A stretch of 64,000 nt of DNA, from NCBI RefSeq assembly GCF_009914755.1, contig NC_060926.1; one strand, written 5' to 3'. The notes beneath the pieces are model-generated. The model saw only the letters and a program-made list of their open reading frames with translations. It was not told where the DNA came from and searched no databases. Positions 60,520-64,000 of the stretch are shown here, piece after piece (position 1 is the first letter of the stretch; each line of letters starts with the position of its first letter). This stretch comes from the human T2T-CHM13v2.0 reference genome, Homo sapiens. The position numbers and the translations under genes were made by a program.

Positions 60520-62155
60520 TTTTTCATTAATAATATTTATTTTAAAGATCACTTTTAATTGTAACAAATATAAAGTCATCAGTGTTTTCCGAATTGTCAA
60601 TAATGCTTTAAGTAAAAAATACATTAGTAAAATGTAAGTTATATTGTATTATAATATCTTCTACAGTTAATACCATGAACATACACACCATATACCAGAA
60701 AAGCTTATGCATTATTGGAAGTGAAAAGAAATGTGATATAACTGCTATATTGTCTGATTATAAATTCATGCTTTGGTCAGTTCTCTTCTTCAGGGATGAC
60801 ATTTACTTGTACTTTGTTGTTGAGGAACCTGAATTGGATGTCACAAATTCTGCTGCATTTGCGTGTTAGTGCTATCATGGTTCTCTGTGTACAGGGAAGG
60901 TATGATTTCACCAGTTACAAGTGAGACACAGGAAGTGTTGATGGGGGCCATGCTGTCTTTCTACTCTTGGATGTGTCTTGAAGCTCCTTGGCAAATTTCT
61001 GAATAGCACTGTGACAGACCAGTTGGATGTCTGATGTTTGCATGTTTCTCTTTTCTACTCCTTTCTGTCAACAGTGCATGATGTAAGGAAGTACCAGAAA
61101 GAGGACCAGTAGCTACTGCTGAGGACACAGCCAGTATAATTAAGAAATCCACGTACTTGTCTGCTTTTCAGACAGTCATTTTGAAAAGAGTTTGTACTCT
61201 CCATCATCACTAAAATTCCCCCTCCACGAATCACTTCTGGATAGGTGGCCACTTGCTTTGTTTTATCAACCAAATGAATTTTTGCACCAGTCAATGTAAA
61301 ACGGAATATACAATTTTTTAGCACATGTTATTACAGGCTCCATTTCTTGACTGCATCTCAATGAATTCTATGGATTTTCAACATCTTGTAATCAAGAAGA
61401 AAATGGGACATTGGCACCAATCCTGATGAAAATGTCCCCCTTTGGGCCATTAATAGGAAGCAGAACCATGCTGCCCTATCTAGGGCCAATGTGATGTTTA
61501 TGGCATTCAGTCCTCTGGCCACAGCACATTTTTCTCCACCCTGACAAAGTTTCCAAGAACCTTTCTGGCCAATATTTCTTACACATTTATATTTTTAATG
61601 AAGATTTCTGCTTGATATGGCAACAGGAAGTCCTCTGTTGACATTATATTATCCAATTATGCCTTGCAGTCTCAAAGGTGCACCTATTATAGGCAATTAT
61701 ATCAATGGTAGTTGGTTTCTCCACATTTTCAGTTGTTGGAGAGCCATAAGGACTCTCTCACTATATGGTGTTCTTTGGATGAATAGGAGCCATCCAGGTC
61801 TTTCTGAATAACCCTTTCAATTTGTTTTAAATGCTTTGGGATCATCACTAATCTCACCAGGTTTTGGTGAGGTGGAAATTTCTCCTAAAATAGTCATTCC
61901 AAAGCATACACCAAAAGGACACTTACAGATGTGTATGCATTCTGATCAGAGTGCACCTTAGAGAAAATAATGAATACTGTCATCAAGAATGTGACAACCA
62001 TCACAGGCTCATCCCGCGTGTCCCCTGAACTTGTCCTATGCAAGCACAGGGGTCTGCAGGGTACCATCACCAGGGCAATTGCATTATTGGGCTGACGAGG
62101 CCAGTAGTCCTCAAATCTTCCCTCCCCTCCCTTCTTTCCTCGCAGCTTGGCTAGT
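60520..62155 (-). pseudogene. SGCEP1: Processed pseudogene (retrocopy) of epsilon-sarcoglycan SGCE, with 5' UTR remnant, whole CDS and 3' UTR
   Basis: Minus-strand translation across frameshifts follows SGCE end to end without introns. ATG at 62084 gives MQLPW*WYPADPCA (SGCE MQLPRWWELGDPCA), then [128 protein letters not shown], and the stop TGA at 60792-60790. An AT-rich 3' UTR with AATAAA ends near 60520. Many stops and frameshifts. The gene symbol is from recall. Confidence 0.95.
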
Positions 62156-63724
62156 TCTACTCTTTTCTTATTAGAGCACATTTTGTTGTACACAGAAATG
62201 CAAAGAGAACACAGTTGCCACTGAGAGCTTTGTAGTGTGATGCTTATTTAGCTTTTGAATGGGCTTTCACACAAAAATTCCTGCTTTGTGGAAATTTTCA
62301 GGTATGAGAAAACATCTTACAAAGTAATCCCCTGTTATCCAACTGATCAGTCAGTATTAAAAAAATGCATGTGGAGGATATTGCAGATTGAAGTGTGCAA
62401 AGCATTTGTGTTTTAATTAAAATCTTAGAGGAAAAACTCATTCACATGAATTAATAGCAACATTTTTAGCAGGTTGCATAAATGGTGACAAAATTTACAT
62501 CTTTGTATTCAAGAAGAGTATAGAGTTACTTGGTGAAGATCACTACATATGTTAAATCCTTTCAACATGTGCTATAAATAATAGCACATATTAAAGATCT
62601 GTGGCTATTAAATTACGTGAGAGCAAATGACTCATGAGTAATTACAAATACCTGTTCTGCTTCTACTTATCACTTATTTTCTAAAAAGCAGCATGGAAAT
62701 GAAATGCAAATATAACATAAAAGAGTATAACTTCCTGTTAAATGATGCTTTATCATATAATGGAATATTACAGCCTAATTCAATGCAGGACTAAACGAAG
62801 ATTGGAAGAAAATGAGAACTCTGGAAGCCAGAAGCCTCAGTCTTCAGAAAGCTCCATACTCTGCATGCTGTTTACATATCTCTTTGTGTTTATGTGGGTT
62901 TTTTTCCTAACTATTCCTGTGAAATAGCAAAAGACTTTAGATTAAAATGGATTTTACTAATCATAGAAGTCAAAAAAGCAAGTAAATATGAAAAAAATAG
63001 CACAAAGTTGTACAGAAACCATCCATATAACTAAGGAATGAAATGAAGCAAATTTAGCTCTGTTAGAGCTTTTATTATCAATCAAATATATCCTTGATAG
63101 TCCTCATCTTTTTGTCTTTTGGGGGGTCCCCCTCCCCCCACCTGTTTGCATTTTGACTTTTTCACCTGACATGGATGAACAATGGGTGTGTTCCTTCTAA
63201 TACCCTGTCAAAGGGAAAAACCACCGTCTAGGTCTTTGGGCACACAGTCACTTTGTTCCCCAGAAGTGATTGTGTAGCAGCCACAGCATCTTACAATGTT
63301 GGAAAGGAAGAGACTGTGTTGCTTGGAGTCTTAAGATACTCTCTGAGGGTCCTTGGAACTCCAGGCTTCCCAATAGGTATCTCGGTGTGAGTGGGTTTTA
63401 CATATTGACCTTCCAACTCAGATAGCATCTGGAGAAAGGATGTCACTTCTGAGAAAAAGACTGAAGATATCTAACTGAAATAGTGCCTGGAAGTTTGAAT
63501 GACCTAGGGAAGGGCAGCAAGATGCTCAAGTGCCTCAGACTTCCCAAGGTACACAAAGTGGGAAGCAGCACTGGTAAACTCTTTAGGAAGAATACAACTC
63601 ACACCTTTTACAGTTTCCATCACATTTCCTTTTAATGATCATTCGTGATCCCTAGCAGGGATTCAGCCATTCCCCAGAATCACACAGCACATGAGTGGTG
63701 GGACCAGAAGAGATTTCTGGTCAT

Positions 63725-64000
63725 TTTAAAGTTTAATTTAATCTTTAACTTTTATTTTTGGTTCAGGGGTACATGTGCAGGTGCAAGTTTGTTATATAAG
63801 TAAATTACCTGCCATGGGGGTTTGATGTGCAGATTATTTTACCATCAGGTAATAAACACAGTACCTGATAGGTAGTTTTTTGATAATCACCCTCCTTCTT
63901 CCCCACACCCTGAAGTCGGCTCTGGTGTCTGTTGTTCCCTTCATTGTGTCCATATATACTTAATGTTTGCTCCCACTTACGAGTGAGAACATGTGGTATT
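63725..64000 (-). mobile_element. Older L1PA (PA15/16-like) 3' end, running off the window
   Basis: ttcaggggtacatgtgcagg...agtacctgataggtagtttttt...gctcccacttacgagtgagaacatgtggtatt. Confidence 0.9.

Noticed and set aside
61894-62193. 99-aa ORF as a functional retrogene product
   Set aside because: It starts in flanking DNA, is out of frame with SGCE for most of its length, joins the SGCE frame only for ~30 codons, and then stops.

Overview
Primate, almost certainly human, AT-rich intergenic or intronic DNA with no intact protein-coding gene. Roughly half is transposon relics: Alu, L1PA/PB/MA/M, L2, MIR, and ERVL, MaLR, ERV1 and ERVK LTRs. The one gene-derived feature is a full-length, intronless, heavily disabled retrocopy of epsilon-sarcoglycan (SGCE) on the minus strand at ~60520-62155. 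From recall this is SGCEP1, which would place the window in the ZEB2/TEX41 gene desert on 2q22; that placement needs confirming by alignment. The most informative structures are a twin-primed (5'-inverted) L1PA3-like insertion with a short 3' transduction inside an old L1, several locally templated insertion or duplication scars, two solo LTRs with perfect TSDs (LTR1 family, MER11), a cluster of three AluY in alternating orientation, and repeat-free motif-dense blocks that look like developmental enhancers. I found no convincing evidence for a new multi-gene system. Nearly all short ORFs in the track are chance or repeat-derived. Repeat subfamily names come from recalled consensus sequences and boundaries of old repeats are approximate.
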